A stretch of 64,000 nt of DNA. It comes from Felis catus (lineage: Eukaryota). A model generated the notes under the pieces. That model worked only from the letters and a program-made list of their open reading frames with translations, was not told the DNA's origin and searched no databases. Both the position numbers and the translations under genes were made by a program. Shown here in pieces: positions 50,444 through 63,948 of this stretch (positions within the stretch are counted from its first letter, which is position 1; each line of letters starts with the position of its first letter). The stretch is taken from positions 51,090,001 through 51,154,000 of the forward strand of contig NC_058382.1 in NCBI RefSeq assembly GCF_018350175.1, given 5' to 3'.

Positions 50444-50538
50444 AAGTAGAATACAGGCATTTTTCAGTCTACATGGTCTCAAAACTTTTACTTTCCTTAT
50501 CTTTTTCACAAGCCTGTTAAAGGCTACTCTAAAGTCTT

Positions 50539-50650
50539 AGGATAACCTACTTGCCCTGGTTTGCCCACAATTTTCCCAAGGTTAGCACTTACAGTGACAC
50601 ATCTCTGAAAATCCCCCATTCCCAGACAACTCAGGGCAGTTGGTAATCCT
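50539..50650. mobile_element. hAT-Blackjack MITE (MER81/MER94-like)
   Basis: Terminal inverted repeats aggataacc / ggtaatcct around ~110 bp. Confidence 0.55.
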
Positions 50651-53600
50651 ACTCCAGATTCATGATGAAAGAGATTAAAAGCAATTCTCAAAAAAGATCA
50701 CATTTATCCTTTAGCTTTCCTGCCCATCCCCAACAAAACCCAAGTTTTTAAAGAAAAAAAAAAAAGCAATAAAAAAGGTAAAACCTCACAATGTCCTACA
50801 GCCAATAAAAAAATACTGGACAGGAAAAGAGAAGGGAAATGTGATCCATACCAAAATGTGATCCAGAGTAACAGATCAGAAATGACCAAAATGACAGAGA
50901 ATGTTAAAACACCTTATATAAGTATCTTAAATAGGATTGAGGATTTAAAGAGAAACATAAAAATAATGAAAAGGGAAATATGTGAATTAAACACGCAACT
51001 AAGGAGGAATTTTTAGAGATGAATAATGCTCCACCCAATGTATTTCATAGCAGATTAGACACCTGAGGGAAAAAAGTTCAGTGAACTTGAAGCTATAGCA
51101 ACAGAAGCTATCCAAAGCCTTAAAAAGTTCTTGCAGCTTTCCCTGGTGCTCTCGGGAACCCAAGCCATCATATAAGAAGTCAAGATGTTCTGCTGGGACA
51201 TCCAATGAAGAAACCACATACAGATGCTCCATGGAGAGGAAAAGCCAACACACTATATGAAGGCGGTAAGAAGCCTAGTAATCCTAGCATCTCAGTCAAC
51301 CCTCCAGCGAATCCAGTCTCAGCTGCCATGTGACCACAACAACAAGGGAAATCTCAAGGCTGAACCCAATCAACCCATACAACTGGGAGAGATAATAACA
51401 CAGTTACCGTTTTAAGCCACTTAGAAAAATGGGAGAAATGTACAGATCAACAAGAATTTCCCAACTTTTTTAGAGACATTCAGATAGTAAAATACAGGCA
51501 GCCACAGTTTACAACTATTTGTCATTGAGACATGTGACCATTATGTGCAGCCCTACTTTTTAAAAGTTTGCACTCAGTCCAACCAATCCTGTCTTACCAT
51601 TAAGCTAACCTCAACCTTCTCTATCACCCCCAACCTTCTCTCTGAAACACACTTCCCAACCCTTTTAGAATCAAAATAACTTCTTCCAGGGTTTCCACCA
51701 GTGATCACTGAATCGCTACCTCTAGAAACAAAGAATGTGTGTTTGACAGGCTGGGGCAGGGGGTGGAGGGGGATTCCATTGGCAGCACCCAGATGCTGGA
51801 GAGACACAGGGGAAGGCAGACACCCTCTCACGGCCTAGGTGTAGGAGGGAGGAAAGTATACTGTTTCAGGTTGGGAAGTAAGAAGGGTAAACATCAGGCT
51901 GGATACTAATGACGCACAGATGAGCGCCTAGAAAAGATCGCAGCTAGGTGACCTGGAATACGGAACGCTTTGTCCTTGAATATAGAATGGAAAACCTACA
52001 ATACGACATCTCTATATTTCAGTTACATTTTGAGTTAAATTGGCTTTTGGAGGCCCAACCACCATTTTTAGCATCTGTTTTAGGAAAATGTGTTTCACAT
52101 TAAAGCAATCAATTAATGATCCGATTCTTTGAAAGCTCACATTTATAACATCACAGAGCTCAGTCATTCATCAGCCAGATTGCAAAAGTTCACTCCCACA
52201 CATAACCAGTTTTTCATAAATCAGGGCTAAATCATACTGGTAAAGATGGCTCATAACTCTTCGTCTCTCTCCCTGCTTAGTACCTTCTTGTTGCCACTGT
52301 TCTAATATATGGCTATTGCTTTTCTCACTCATGGCTTATCTCCTTGTATAGGTTATAAGTACAGCGACAGCCAAGCATCATGACTCATACTCCTCCAGAT
52401 GCTTTTAGGATGGGCCTGGCACTTCACAGGCTATCCCTACACTCAGAGCTGAATTTCTGTTTGGATTTATTTCGCCAATTCATATCATACAGTGGTGCAA
52501 AACCAGAACTCCTCGTGGTTTCTCCTCAAAATGCTCAGGCATGTACACCACACACGTAAGACAGCTCACTTCTGAGTGCGCCAGCATGCACCGTAGCCTC
52601 AGAAAGGCAAGGAAACCTGGGACGCCCCAAGTCCAGAACTTGTCCCGGCCATAAACCAGGATACCTGGGACCACACTAGAACAACACTGCTGCGACTCTA
52701 TCAGAGCCCTTTCATGAGCCGGAAAGACTTTAAAGCCAAATAAATCACAGCAGAGGGTGATGGTAGGTCTGGAAATTTCAATTATCGGGTACGACAACCT
52801 AGGAGGTATCTAAAGAAAGAGGTAGATAAGAATTACTGCCATCTTTTAGGGCAGGCTCTGAGATGTCTCCTGTTTCAAGAACCCAGAAGCTGGCAGCAGA
52901 AAGTACGAAGGATGCAAACAGAGCCTGAGAGTCAATTGTCACAACTGGGACAGGAAGAACCCTGGAGAACCTGGACACGTAGGAACTTCCAGGCACGGTG
53001 GGTGAGACGTCCTCTGGGCAGAGCTCCTTTTTTCAGAAGTTCTAATGGAACACCAGGAGAGAAGAGAGACAGCTCCACCAATCCTCGCTTCATCTGTCCT
53101 CGTATCTTTGATTTTTAGTGCTCAGCAAGTCACGGTCATCTGTGCTTCGCTCACCGCTTCCCTGCTCTCAATCCTGTTTTTGTTTTATTTTACCCACTGG
53201 ATACTCACCACTAGTTTTTGCTTCCCACTAATCGCCATTTCCAGCTATTGACTGAGTATGATACTGCAGATAAGGGAAAGGAGGATGCTCCAGCAGGGAC
53301 ATTACAGCGTGCAGCTGCCAAGAGCAGCAGAGGACGAGGAGCCCGGCAATCGTACCTCTTGAGAAATTCATCACATAAGATGAAGAGATCTACAGATTTA
53401 CAGCTTCATGGTTATCTTTAAAGGATATACCACATATTTAAAACTCAAAATGCATGCTTCATTGCATGAACCTTGTCCTGAATCAAAAGTTAAGACACTA
53501 TAAACATACAAAATCAAGGCTAGGATAGATTTGCATGCCAAAAATTAAGAGTAAGAGGATGAAAATCTTTGTAAATGGTCCTTGGTATTTGGAGGGGTGG

Positions 53601-54318
53601 TAGAATGATCCAGTATCTACTCACTGGGTGTGGGAATGGCGGGTTATGGCACAGGGTGTTCTCTGAATAGAGTTTATAAAAATGCATTAGATAGGAACAA
53701 TTAGAAGCATCAACATGATTGATTATGTCTGAGCTGGGAACATTTGGGAAGATTTAGGGATATTCCATATATATCCAGAAGAGTTGCCAAGAATATAACT
53801 GAAAGCTCAAGTCTTGAGTACTGTGAAGAGTATTACGTGAAACTGAATTCCAACTAGAAGCTACTGCATCTAGAACATGTATTTTTTCACTCAGGACCAA
53901 TTCTGTAACAGAGACACTGACTCCCAGAGAGTGTTTACCAAAAAAAAGATGATGGTCCCTTTCCAGACTTTCTTCATCAACCATTCTTTGCTCATCCTTC
54001 GCCACATCCCTCATTCTCTCACTCTGCCCATGTATGAATTTACTGAGATAGGGATGCCCAATTGATTAGAAATGTCTCCAGGTCACTTGGAAACAAAGGG
54101 GCTCAGAGCACTGCTGGAAGGGGAGCTAAGAAACTCATAAATCACCTGGGTAGCACAGGATCAGTGCTACAACTCAAGTGCATAATCTACCGGAACACAG
54201 AAGGAAGAGGTAACTTCCTGCTGGTGGAGCAGGGAGGGCTCTGGGCACTTCCTCTGAACCTTGACCACCCAGAAGGATATCAACAGGTAGAGCTAAGCAT
54301 CAAAAATCATTAAGGACA

Positions 54319-54510
54319 GTGGTGCCTGATGCTCAGTTAAGCGTCCAACTCTTGATTTCGGCTCAGGTCACGATCTCACAGTTCGTGGGTTTGAGACTCG
54401 TGTTGGGCTTTGTGCTGACAGTGCAGAGCCTGCTTGGGATTCTCTTTCTCTCCTCTCTCTGCCCCTCCCATGCCCTCTCTCTCTCTCTCAAAATAAGTAA
54501 ACTTTAAAAA
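54319..54510 (+). mobile_element. Can-SINE
   Basis: cttgatttcggctcaggtcacgatctc; CT tract; A tail. Confidence 0.93.
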
Positions 54511-54797
54511 TATTAACCACTGAATTAATTTTTGGATGGTTGAAGAATGAAGTCTATCAGGAGAAGATAAAATTAATGGAAAACCTAAGAACTCCTTTCA
54601 ATATCTGAAGGATTGCCAGGTTGAGAAGGATAAATATTATATTGAGGTCTTCCAGAGAGAAAAACCAGGAGGTACCAAGGGAAGAATTCAAGGAAACACA
54701 CTTGAGCTCCACAAAATAAATGCACGTCTAACAATTTAGGAATGAAGGACATTTGGTTAAAAAGTCCATCTTCTCCTTCAAAAATCAACATGGTGCA

Positions 54798-55007
54798 GGG
54801 GCACCTGGGTGGCACAGTCGGTTAAGCGTCCGACTTCAGCCAGGTCACGATCTCGCGGTCCGTGAGTTCGAGCCCCGCGTCAGGCTCTGGGCTGATGGCT
54901 CAGAGCCTGGAGCCAGTTTCCGATTCTGTGTCTCCCTCTCTCTCTGCCCCTCCCCCGTTCATGCTCTGTCTCTCTCTGTCCCAAAAATAAATAAACGTTG
55001 GAAAAAA
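54798..55007 (+). mobile_element. Young Can-SINE (SINEC_Fc)
   Basis: CpG-intact body; perfect TSD aaaaatcaacatggtgca at 54780-54797 and 55008-55025. Confidence 0.98.
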
Positions 55008-56361
55008 AAAAATCAACATGGTGCAGAGAGACCAACATAAAAAGCGTATTTTCCCTTCAACAGCCACCTTGCCTAGAAAATTCCTGGAAAACAAAACGCT
55101 AAATCTGTTTTTGTAAACATGTTCATTATAAATGGTAAAAAACAAATATGCCACTAAAATACAGAAGGATAGTCTATGGTAGTGGTCCCCCCCACCCCAA
55201 TAAGCAAGTGAGTCTTGTAGAAGAGAAACTCAGCTAAAAGTTATCTGGAGAAGCACTGAGCAATTATGAAATCCCACAGCATAGCAGTGACAGGAAAACT
55301 GAATTCAGATGAGTAACAAATATGTCATCAACCACTTTGATGACAAATTCAATGTAAATACATTAAGCAGCATCAAAGAGCCCAAAGGAAGAAGTTGACA
55401 CATCTTGATGTCCTTGCTGGCACATGCATTCTTCGCAACTCCCTAAAGACCTGTTTCTCCATAACCAGGTTAAGTATCATCGACAGGTATATTTCATAAG
55501 TATGGGAAAGGCACTGAGATTTACAAAAACACAGTGGATCTTATTCCTTGTGTCACAGTGGAGCTGTGATATATTCCAAGGGCAGACACTCACTCTAATC
55601 ATTTGAAACAAAGGGACAGACTCATTCATCCAACTAATCAATATGAATTCCCTGGTCCAGAAAAGAAGTATAAATCAGCAGCTGCTCCATGGTCAGTTTT
55701 CTCATCTACCCCTCCTCCTTGCCAAAGGAAGGGGAAAAGTGGAACATGTGTCAGCGGGAAAATGACTCGGGCTTTTATATCGACAGACATAGCCATTGGG
55801 CTGCAAATTCTCCATGGCAGCTGTGCTCAGATCAATGATGTTGAAGGTAAGGAAGGGGAGTTTGTGGGACTTGGGTATTTATTACTTTTTGCCTAATCAC
55901 AGTCTGTGTATTGCAGAAGACGCTGTTGTTTGTTAGGGAACATGGAAGAAAAGAAAAATCATGCCAAATTTGCCTCTGCCCATCTAGCAAGAATGCACAT
56001 TCGCTTAAAAGAAGTACTTATCTTGTTCCGTTTCAAGTTGACCGGTGACTGTATTTTTGATGAACACCAAATAGATATCAGACCCAGTACTGAGTTTCTG
56101 GTCTCTTCCTCACTATAACTGCTCTTGAACGGTCAGAGTCAGCAGCTTTGGCTGCGGAAGAGGAGACCATGGCTTGACATTCTGCCTCCCTCCGGCTTCC
56201 TTCCGGTGTGTGCACACTCATACACCATGCATCCTTAGCGGCCTGTCTACTCCTCAGTCCTAGCACTGCCCCATGGAATAGATTTGAAGACACAAATATT
56301 TCCTTTTCTAGCTCACCAGCCCATGGGCCTTGTAAATGCAGGAACAGCCTTCTTACATCAT

Positions 56362-56740
56362 TGTGATGGCCCCTGAGATGTGCTGGCCAGATCACTGCAA
56401 GGGAAGGCTGGCTCACCGCCCCAGCCGCTGGGGGTGCTGGGGGCCTCAGCTGCAGAGCTGCCTTACCCAAGGTCCTGCCCCTTGCTGGGTGGCCTATAAA
56501 GAGGCAGGAGTTTAAAGCTCTGGCCCTCTAGGCCCAACTTGGGGCAATTCTGAATGGTCATTTGAGCCCCACAGCCCCACACGGGCTCAGGCAAGAGTGA
56601 TGTTGGGCCTGCAGCTCAAATTCTCCAACTCCTCATTTCCCATCCTTCAACAAGCGTTGGCCCCAAGGTTTCTCCTTATTAAGCATTCTGCTTACTAATC
56701 TCGGTCAGAGTCTGCTTCCCAAAGAACTCAACCTGAGACG
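56362..56740 (+). mobile_element. ERVL solo LTR (LTR33/LTR16-like)
   Basis: tgtgatgg start; tataaa near 56495; cagagtctgcttcccaaagaactcaacctgagac terminus. Confidence 0.65.
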
Positions 56741-57434
56741 ACTCCTGTATTTTCTCATCCTTTAACTGCCACTGGTCTATGTTTCCTAAACTGAGGGAAC
56801 ATTTTTATAGAAATATTTCATGGCAAAATGACAGAACAACATAAACTCATCTAGGGCCTGACCGCACACAGCATTTTTTCAATACAAACTGAAACACTCG
56901 GGTGAGGGATCAGTTCACTAGGGAAGAATTAAGTGATCCTTACCCTTAAATGTATCCTCTGGGATCTCACGGGGAGAGCATTATTACATGTGAGGGCAGC
57001 TCTAATTACAAGAAATAATTGCAGGTGGATACAAGGCAGTTCCCCACTTCAGATGATAAATTATACTGAGAGACAAGGACACCCTGTGCGAACCACTAAT
57101 GCTTTCATCTCCATGACACTGCAAGGAAATGTCAAGTCCAAAAAATTAAACCCAAGGAAAAGCACATCTGACAAATACCCACTCAGAGGAGCTAGTTACT
57201 CCATCTGCAACGAGTTGCAATTTAATGCCCACAGATCCACTTATTTGTGAATAGTAAGCAAAAATCTCTAAGATCAGAGAGTAAGTTGTAGGAGGGATAA
57301 AACAGAGAATGCGCCTTTCCTAAACGCTATATAACTTGAGGGCATATTCCAGATCTAAGCCTTACTTGGTAAAGTCCGCTTTCTTGAAGTCCTTGTGACT
57401 GATGAATACTCACTGTTAGGTATTTTTAATTCTG

Positions 57435-57602
57435 TTGGTCTTCAAGACACTTTGGAATCACCTGGAGAGCTTTAGCAATACCGATGCCAGCATCCCCTCT
57501 CGAAGACTGTGATTTAACTGGGCGGGACAGGGGCCTGAGAATCAGGATTTGTCAAAGCTGTCCCGGCCATCCTAACGTACAACCAAGGCTCGAGAACCAT
57601 CT
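57435..57602 (-). mobile_element. MER5A-like hAT-Charlie DNA transposon
   Basis: gaatcacctggagagcttt...gagaaccat. Confidence 0.7.
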
Positions 57603-58589
57603 CTCTGTGGGCACTGAAGACGCTACTGCTCACCCTTTCCCCTAAATCTCACTGATTCAGGTAACACATGCTGTCGTGCTCCTCCTCACTCGGGCATTCC
57701 TTTGCAATTATTTCTAAAACGCTGTTACAAGTGGCTTACACCTCCTCCCAGCTACCAAGCAGCGTCTGACCTTTTGCCTTCTCTGGTTCCAGGGATGTCC
57801 CCCTACGCCAGTGTCCTATAGTCCTGGAGAGGGCTCCTGCTGCATGGGTTCCCTCCCAGGAAAGTCATATTCTGCCAAGCACCACTGTCCCCAAGGCCCC
57901 CACTGCGGTGCAAAACCTCGCATGAATTGTCAGCGTAGTCTCCAAGTCCTGGTACATAATATCCCACACAGATCTTGTCTGAAAACAGTCTTGTGAGTCC
58001 ATGAGACAAAGTGGTATTCAAATATTCAGAACAAATCCCATGACATTCCCAAATCCCTCCTCATTATCCTGCAAACCTATCTGAAAGGAGAGCCTGTATT
58101 TCACTATAAATTTCCTCTCCGTGTTGACGAATCCCCAGTTAACTCCCGTCTTCTCAACTTCTCGTTTCTTTTTATGCTTCCCACCTATTTTATGGGCACA
58201 CATACCCCTTATTTTCTAATCTCAAGAGCAATTCTGCCTTTATAAGTTTATCCTACAGAAATGCACATGCTTTTGCATAATGTCATATATTCAACGATGC
58301 CCACATACGTTACTGGCACTAGCAGATAATTAGCAAATACCTAAGTGTCTTTCGATAAAGTAGTGGGCAAGAACTCCATGGTGTCCCCATCCTATGCAAT
58401 ATTAATGATACTAAAAAGAAGGAGGTGTATCCTTCCAAGTTAAAATTTTTTTTAACTTGGTGAGATCTTCAATGGTGGGGGTGGTGGTGGGGGTCAGAAG
58501 ACAATGGGTGATGAGGAGATCGCCTCCAAACCTTGTTGCTGCATTTTAATTATTTTTATTATAATATATAATGTTACTATAATAAATCT

Positions 58590-58796
58590 TTTTTTTTAAT
58601 GTTTGTTTATTTCTGAGACAGAGACAGAGCATGAGTGAGGGAGGGGCAGAGAGAGAGGGAGACACAGAATCCGAAGCAGGGTCCAGGCTCTGAGCTGTCA
58701 GCACAAAGTCTGACGCGGGACTCAAACTCACAAACCGCGAGATCATGACCTGTGCCGAAGTCGGTCGCTCAACCGACTGAGCCACCCAGGCACCCC
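58590..58796 (-). mobile_element. Can-SINE
   Basis: Reverse SINE; TSD t(g/a)ttact(a/g)taataaatct. Confidence 0.96.
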
Positions 58797-58825
58797 TATT
58801 ACTGTAATAAATCTACTGTCACATG

Positions 58826-59000
58826 ACCAAAGGTAGATCCAGGTTTTAAGAAACATGAAGCTTATATAACACGGGGCTCTCTCTTTAAGAACAGAAAATT
58901 ACTGATATAAAATTATGTCAGATAGAAAATCACAAATATCAAAAAATGATAAAATATTCACAAAACTATAATATTTTATTATTTGTCTGACACACCTTCA
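58826..59000 (+). mobile_element. hAT DNA transposon fragment (MER53/ORSL-like)
   Basis: gatccaggtttt...gaagcttatataa...ctctttaagaa resembles the recalled 5' end. Confidence 0.5.
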
Positions 59001-59639
59001 ATAGTAATTTTCCAGACAATAGCATCTGGCTCTCGATATTTGATGCCTTTCTCCCACCATTTAGAGTGCCCAGAGCCACAGGATGTGGTTACATGACCAG
59101 AGACTTTCTGGTCCCTTGCTTTCAGGTCAGCAAGGTGGGTGATAAGAATATTCCTGGAAGACATTCCTATACCGGTTTGACTAGCAATAATTTATCTCTA
59201 CATGGAAGTGACTGCAAATGCACAAAATATAATATTAACCCTTAATCAAATATATCTCTGAATCAATTTCTCTTTAGTTGGATTCCCCAAATCCCTGTGA
59301 CCTTTCCAACACTCTCTGGCAAGAAAAGAAGTGTGACAGTGAGTGAGATCAGCCTTTGGGCGTCTGTGATCAAGAATAATTCTGAGAAGATTATCACGAC
59401 GGGGGAGACTGTCAGGAATATATGTGAAAGACTGAAATGAAGAAATATGGTAAGAGGACATTTTGCCCAGTATACCCTTCCAAGCTGAGTGTGAAAATAA
59501 ACCATATATACTGGTTGCATCACAAATCCCTTCTAGTAGTTTAGCGGCTGGGATATTTCAAGATACCACAAATCCAACCATCTCCCCTCTATTAAGATCT
59601 GATGGCATTACCCTCTCCCTAAAAACTGTGAAAGGTATT

Positions 59640-60120
59640 AACTGCTCTAGAATCAAGTCCTGATTCCAAAACTTGACACTCAAGGCTTTTGTAATTGGTC
59701 GTGCTCCAAATTTCCTATCTCACATTTACCCCCAGGGTATCCCCACACCATCCATACCCACCTACCTGAGAGATTATTCTCCAGACAAGATACCCTTCCG
59801 TATCCCACTGACTTTCTAGAATATTTGTCCTTTCCTATTCCTTCCTTTGGTAAAAACCTTACTTATCCTCTAAGACTCAGATAAAATTCTGCCTCCCAGG
59901 TAAAGCACAGCACATTCTATCTCCTTGGAATTCACTGCTTCCTCTTTAGTCTCCCAAGGCATTTTGCATAGGATTCTATTATTACACATAGCATAACACA
60001 TAACATAGTCAGGCTTGGAGTTATAATTGTACCCATGTGGACTTTATGGGACCCAAGTGGATCTTACTGATCTCTGATCTGCATGCATGGAGCAAGCGAT
60101 CAATAAATCTTCATAGACTT
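59640..60120 (+). mobile_element. L2 3' fragment
   Basis: ctagaatcaagtcctgattcc; cttacttatcctctaagactcag; caataaat end. Confidence 0.55.
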
Positions 60121-62401
60121 GAATTAGGCTGGATAATTGCAAAATTATGTCACTGAAAGTCAGTCTTGTTAGAAAGCCTGTGAATTACCAAGGGTGGCCT
60201 TTACTGAAGGTTGTAGAAGAGGATTACTAAGCAGCTATTGTACCCTAGTGTTAAAAGATATTTCTTTGGGGGAAAAAAAAAGTTAAAATCATGACTGTCG
60301 TACAAATATTAAGTGAACGCTTGAGATTTTAACTCATTAATTAATGAGGAAACCAGTAAAAAGTTAAAATTTGCTCAAAGAATTCTGCGAAGACATACCT
60401 GTACAGGCAATCAGGAATACTGAAGTGAATTTACAAGTAGATATAACACCAGTGAATAGCCACAAGGCAACAGTCAACTGTATGGCACCAGACACAATTT
60501 ATTTACATTTTTATAGACAATAATCGTTTGCATTACTATCAGCTTTCTACAATTTACAGAGTTGTAAAATAGCTCAAAGCCAGAGAAAGACACAGATAAC
60601 CTGGAATAGTGTACCAGAAAGGACATCCATTTGTCATTTTTGCTCATTTCAAAACCTGTCACATTTCCTAACAACCTCCCTCCCATGATCATAATAATTT
60701 AAAAGATTATTCTTGATCACAGAAAAGGCAGGTCTCATTAGGATTGGCCTAGCAGCTCCCTACATTTTAATTGCCTCTTTACTTGTCCATCACCTCCATT
60801 AAAATGTCAACTTCCCAAGGAAAAAGACCAAACCAGTCTTTGTTTTCTATGTTAATTCTGACTCCAATAAATTAATATTTTCTTTGTTTTATGATAATAT
60901 TTTCGTCAAGTAAAGCCATCATAATGTGTTTTTCCTCTCAGATAGAATATTTGTGAACTGTGGAAGCTAACAATATTTCTTTCCCAAGTATGTCTTTATC
61001 TTGAAAAATGAGGTCTTCAATAGTAGCAAGTAATGACCTAGTTTGCTGTATTGTTTAATATCAATGCGCTCAAACACTAAAGAGCATATAACAGTTCTGA
61101 TATGCTTGTTGAAAGAAATATCACACAAGTAAATCCAGCTTTACTATTTGGTCTAAAAGAATTCCAACCATAGTAATAATACTGTTTCCTATTCCTATTT
61201 AGAAAAAAAACCAACATAGAGACCCAATTAAAAGATGCTCACTGTTTCTATAAAAGATTCAACTTACACATGGATTCTTTACTTGAAAAAAACATTGTTA
61301 TGTGTAATTACAACAGAAAACATTGAAAATCTTTTAAATTCCCAACCAAAGGGATATAGTTTTGGAAAAAGGTGATTCATTAATAACATGTATTGTCATG
61401 CACTTATTTTTAAATGATCATTTTGAAAACTATGCTTCCAAAAGAAAAAATATATGATCCATTAAAATGAAATAGAACATAAAAGATTTATACCTGCTGA
61501 AAAATATATAATCACTGGAACAAGGCTTGAACAGTAATGATGCATATTGAAAAGAATTGAATTATAGGACACATTTTCTATTTTTGACACTTCCTTTGTG
61601 TTGTTACATCAATGTGTTAGACATTTTTAAAAAAGAAAGGAAGAAAGAAATGGTGTTTTATAAAATCTCTTCAGTAGCCTGTGATTTGGATCCTTGTAAT
61701 AGAGTAAAGTAAAGGGTTTCATTATGCTTTGTTTTGCTAACAGACATCTGATGTCCTTCTCCTGGTGTGATTTTCATTATAGCTATTTTCAAAGTGCTTG
61801 AATTGGGATTAGTTACTTAGTAAGAGGCTTCTTGTTCTTTTAGTCGCTAACACAATTTTTGTATGGCCTGAAATGCAGAATTCCTCACTTTTGTTGAGTC
61901 CTTTAAGGGCTAGGACACTGTGACCTTGAAAAGTCCACAGGAGGAAGACAAACTATAATGATATCACCATTCAAACAAGAGGCTTTGGATCATCAGCCCT
62001 CTGAGAGGGCACAAGACCCAAAACAGACTGGCGTGATGAGCCACGCTGGCTTTTAGGAGTGACACACTAGGCTGGAGTCGGGCTCACTGGATTTACTCAT
62101 GGAAGTTGGCAGGTGCAGGAAACAAGCTCTGAGGCAGTGTTGTGTCCTTATTAAAATCAGCTTATGGAAAACATACAACTAGTCAAAAGATTTTTTGTGA
62201 CAAAAAGAATACCCCAAAACAGATTTATATTCTGTGAAATGTATAAACACCCATTTCAAGCATCCATAACACACTCTGGGAGAAGCAAGTAGCTATGATG
62301 TAATAAATAACAGTTCATATTTATAAATTCTCCTAGTGGTTTATAAATGCAAATGTTCATTCTCTCACCTGCTCTCATGTTCCAGATAAAAAACTAAACC
62401 A

Positions 62402-62648
62402 GGGGCGTCTGGATATCTCAGTCGGTTAAGCATCCAACTCTTGATTTGGGCTCAGGTCGTGATTTCACGGATCTTGGGATCAAGCCCCAACTCAGGCTCC
62501 ATGCTGAGTGTGGACCTGCTTGAGATTCTCACTCTCCCTCTCTCTCTGCCCCTCTCCCTGCCCTGCTTGCGCATGTACTCACACAACCGTGCATGTGTGC
62601 GTGCTCTCTCTCTCTCTCAAAAAAAACAAATAGGCATTAAAAAAAAAA
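62402..62648 (+). mobile_element. Can-SINE
   Basis: Head ggggcgtctgg; CT tract; A tail. Confidence 0.93.
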
Positions 62649-63733
62649 GCTGAAACAAACTTTGTCTTAAGGGAGGAGCTTACATACTGGGATGCTTTTG
62701 AATATGCCATTTTTACTTCTACAAATGCAATAAATACTATATGAATATTATGTGCATAAAATATCATATTAAATGGGTCTGGAGACCCATGATTGGGGAG
62801 GAAGCCTGTATTCACTCCTTAGCAGCATATGGATGTTCTCAACCAAACTTTGGTTCAGATACCAAGACTGAAGATGCCACATACTCCCCAACATGGGATG
62901 GACAGAGTTACTGCTCACAAAATGAAGCTCTCTGTAGAGAGCTGGGTCAGCTCCCAAACATGGCTAAGAGTGCCTTGAGAACACAGAGAATAAAGAATGG
63001 CTTGGGGTTGGTTATGGGACGGTGTGAGGGTTCCTCCTACCTGTGGGACAGGGCTTACATTGTTTGAACTTCATGCTGAGGAGGAAGAACCGGGGCTTTC
63101 CTACCACCCTTCCCAGATGTGGGGCAAAGGAAGAAGAAGATGGGGATTAAAAGCTGACAGTAGTCAAATATCAAAAATGGAGTCAGACTGTTTATTATAG
63201 GAAGATAAAGAAGTAGGAATTTAAAATAAGTATATATTCCCTTATCATTCCTGTTAAAAACTCTTGCCCCCCCAAACTGTTCCCTCCAAAGACACACTCT
63301 AATTGTAAATTTGAATTTATAATCTACTATGAAAACAATAAGCAAGCCAAAAATTAAAATTATAGAGAGAGAGCAAGAGTCAATATATGCATAGTTGTGG
63401 AATGAGAGCGGATAAGAGGAAAGCAGGAGTAGGACTGGAGAAGGCAAGGCTAGAAGCATTTTGTAAGGGAGAAGTGGAAGGTGCTAAGAAAGAGAAGGCA
63501 TTTCTGACGAAGGAAATAGGAGGTGCGAGGGCATGAAGAAAGAGACCGTGACCCACGAAGACGACTTTTAAGAGATCGGGCATGGCTATCGTGTAAAAGA
63601 GTACTATGACAAGAGGCTGGAAGTTTCCATCAGAGTAGGTCAGGAATAACCTTGAGAATAATAATCTAGAAAGAAAAGTGTGTCATTAAAGGGTTTTATA
63701 TTTAAAAAGCAACGAGATCACAAATGCATTTTA

Positions 63734-63948
63734 AATTTTTTTTTTCAACGTTTATTTATTTTTGGGACAGAGAGAGACAGAGCATGAACGGGGGAGGGGC
63801 AGACAGAGAGGGAGACACAGAATCAGAAACAGGCTCCAGGCTCTGAGCCATCAGCCCAGAGCCCGACGCGGGGCTCGAACTCACGGACTGCGAGATCGTG
63901 ACCTGGCTGAAGTCGGACGCTTAACCGACTGCGCCACCCAGGCGCCCC
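63734..63948 (-). mobile_element. Very young Can-SINE (SINEC_Fc)
   Basis: Near-consensus and CpG-intact; perfect 15-bp TSD cacaaatgcatttta at 63719-63733 and 63949-63963. Confidence 0.98.

Larger units (their letters stand above)
48870..50520 (+). mobile_element. HAL1/old L1 ORF1-like region interrupted by SINEs
   Basis: gaaatgaaaaactcaatagaa; agtccaggaggcttaacatgcaaacaggagcgccagaaaaagag; gacccagaccaaggcatgttactgcaaaatttcagaac. Confidence 0.6.

Noticed and set aside
52850..53001. Possible + strand exon (cttttag|GGCAGG...GGTGG|gtgaga) with one open frame
   Set aside because: Unrecognised peptide, modest splice signals and no supporting neighbouring exons on that strand.
59278..59449. Possible + strand exon (ctctttag|...ATATG|gtaaga)
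   Set aside because: Adjacent to or within a DNA-transposon relic; no recognisable coding content.
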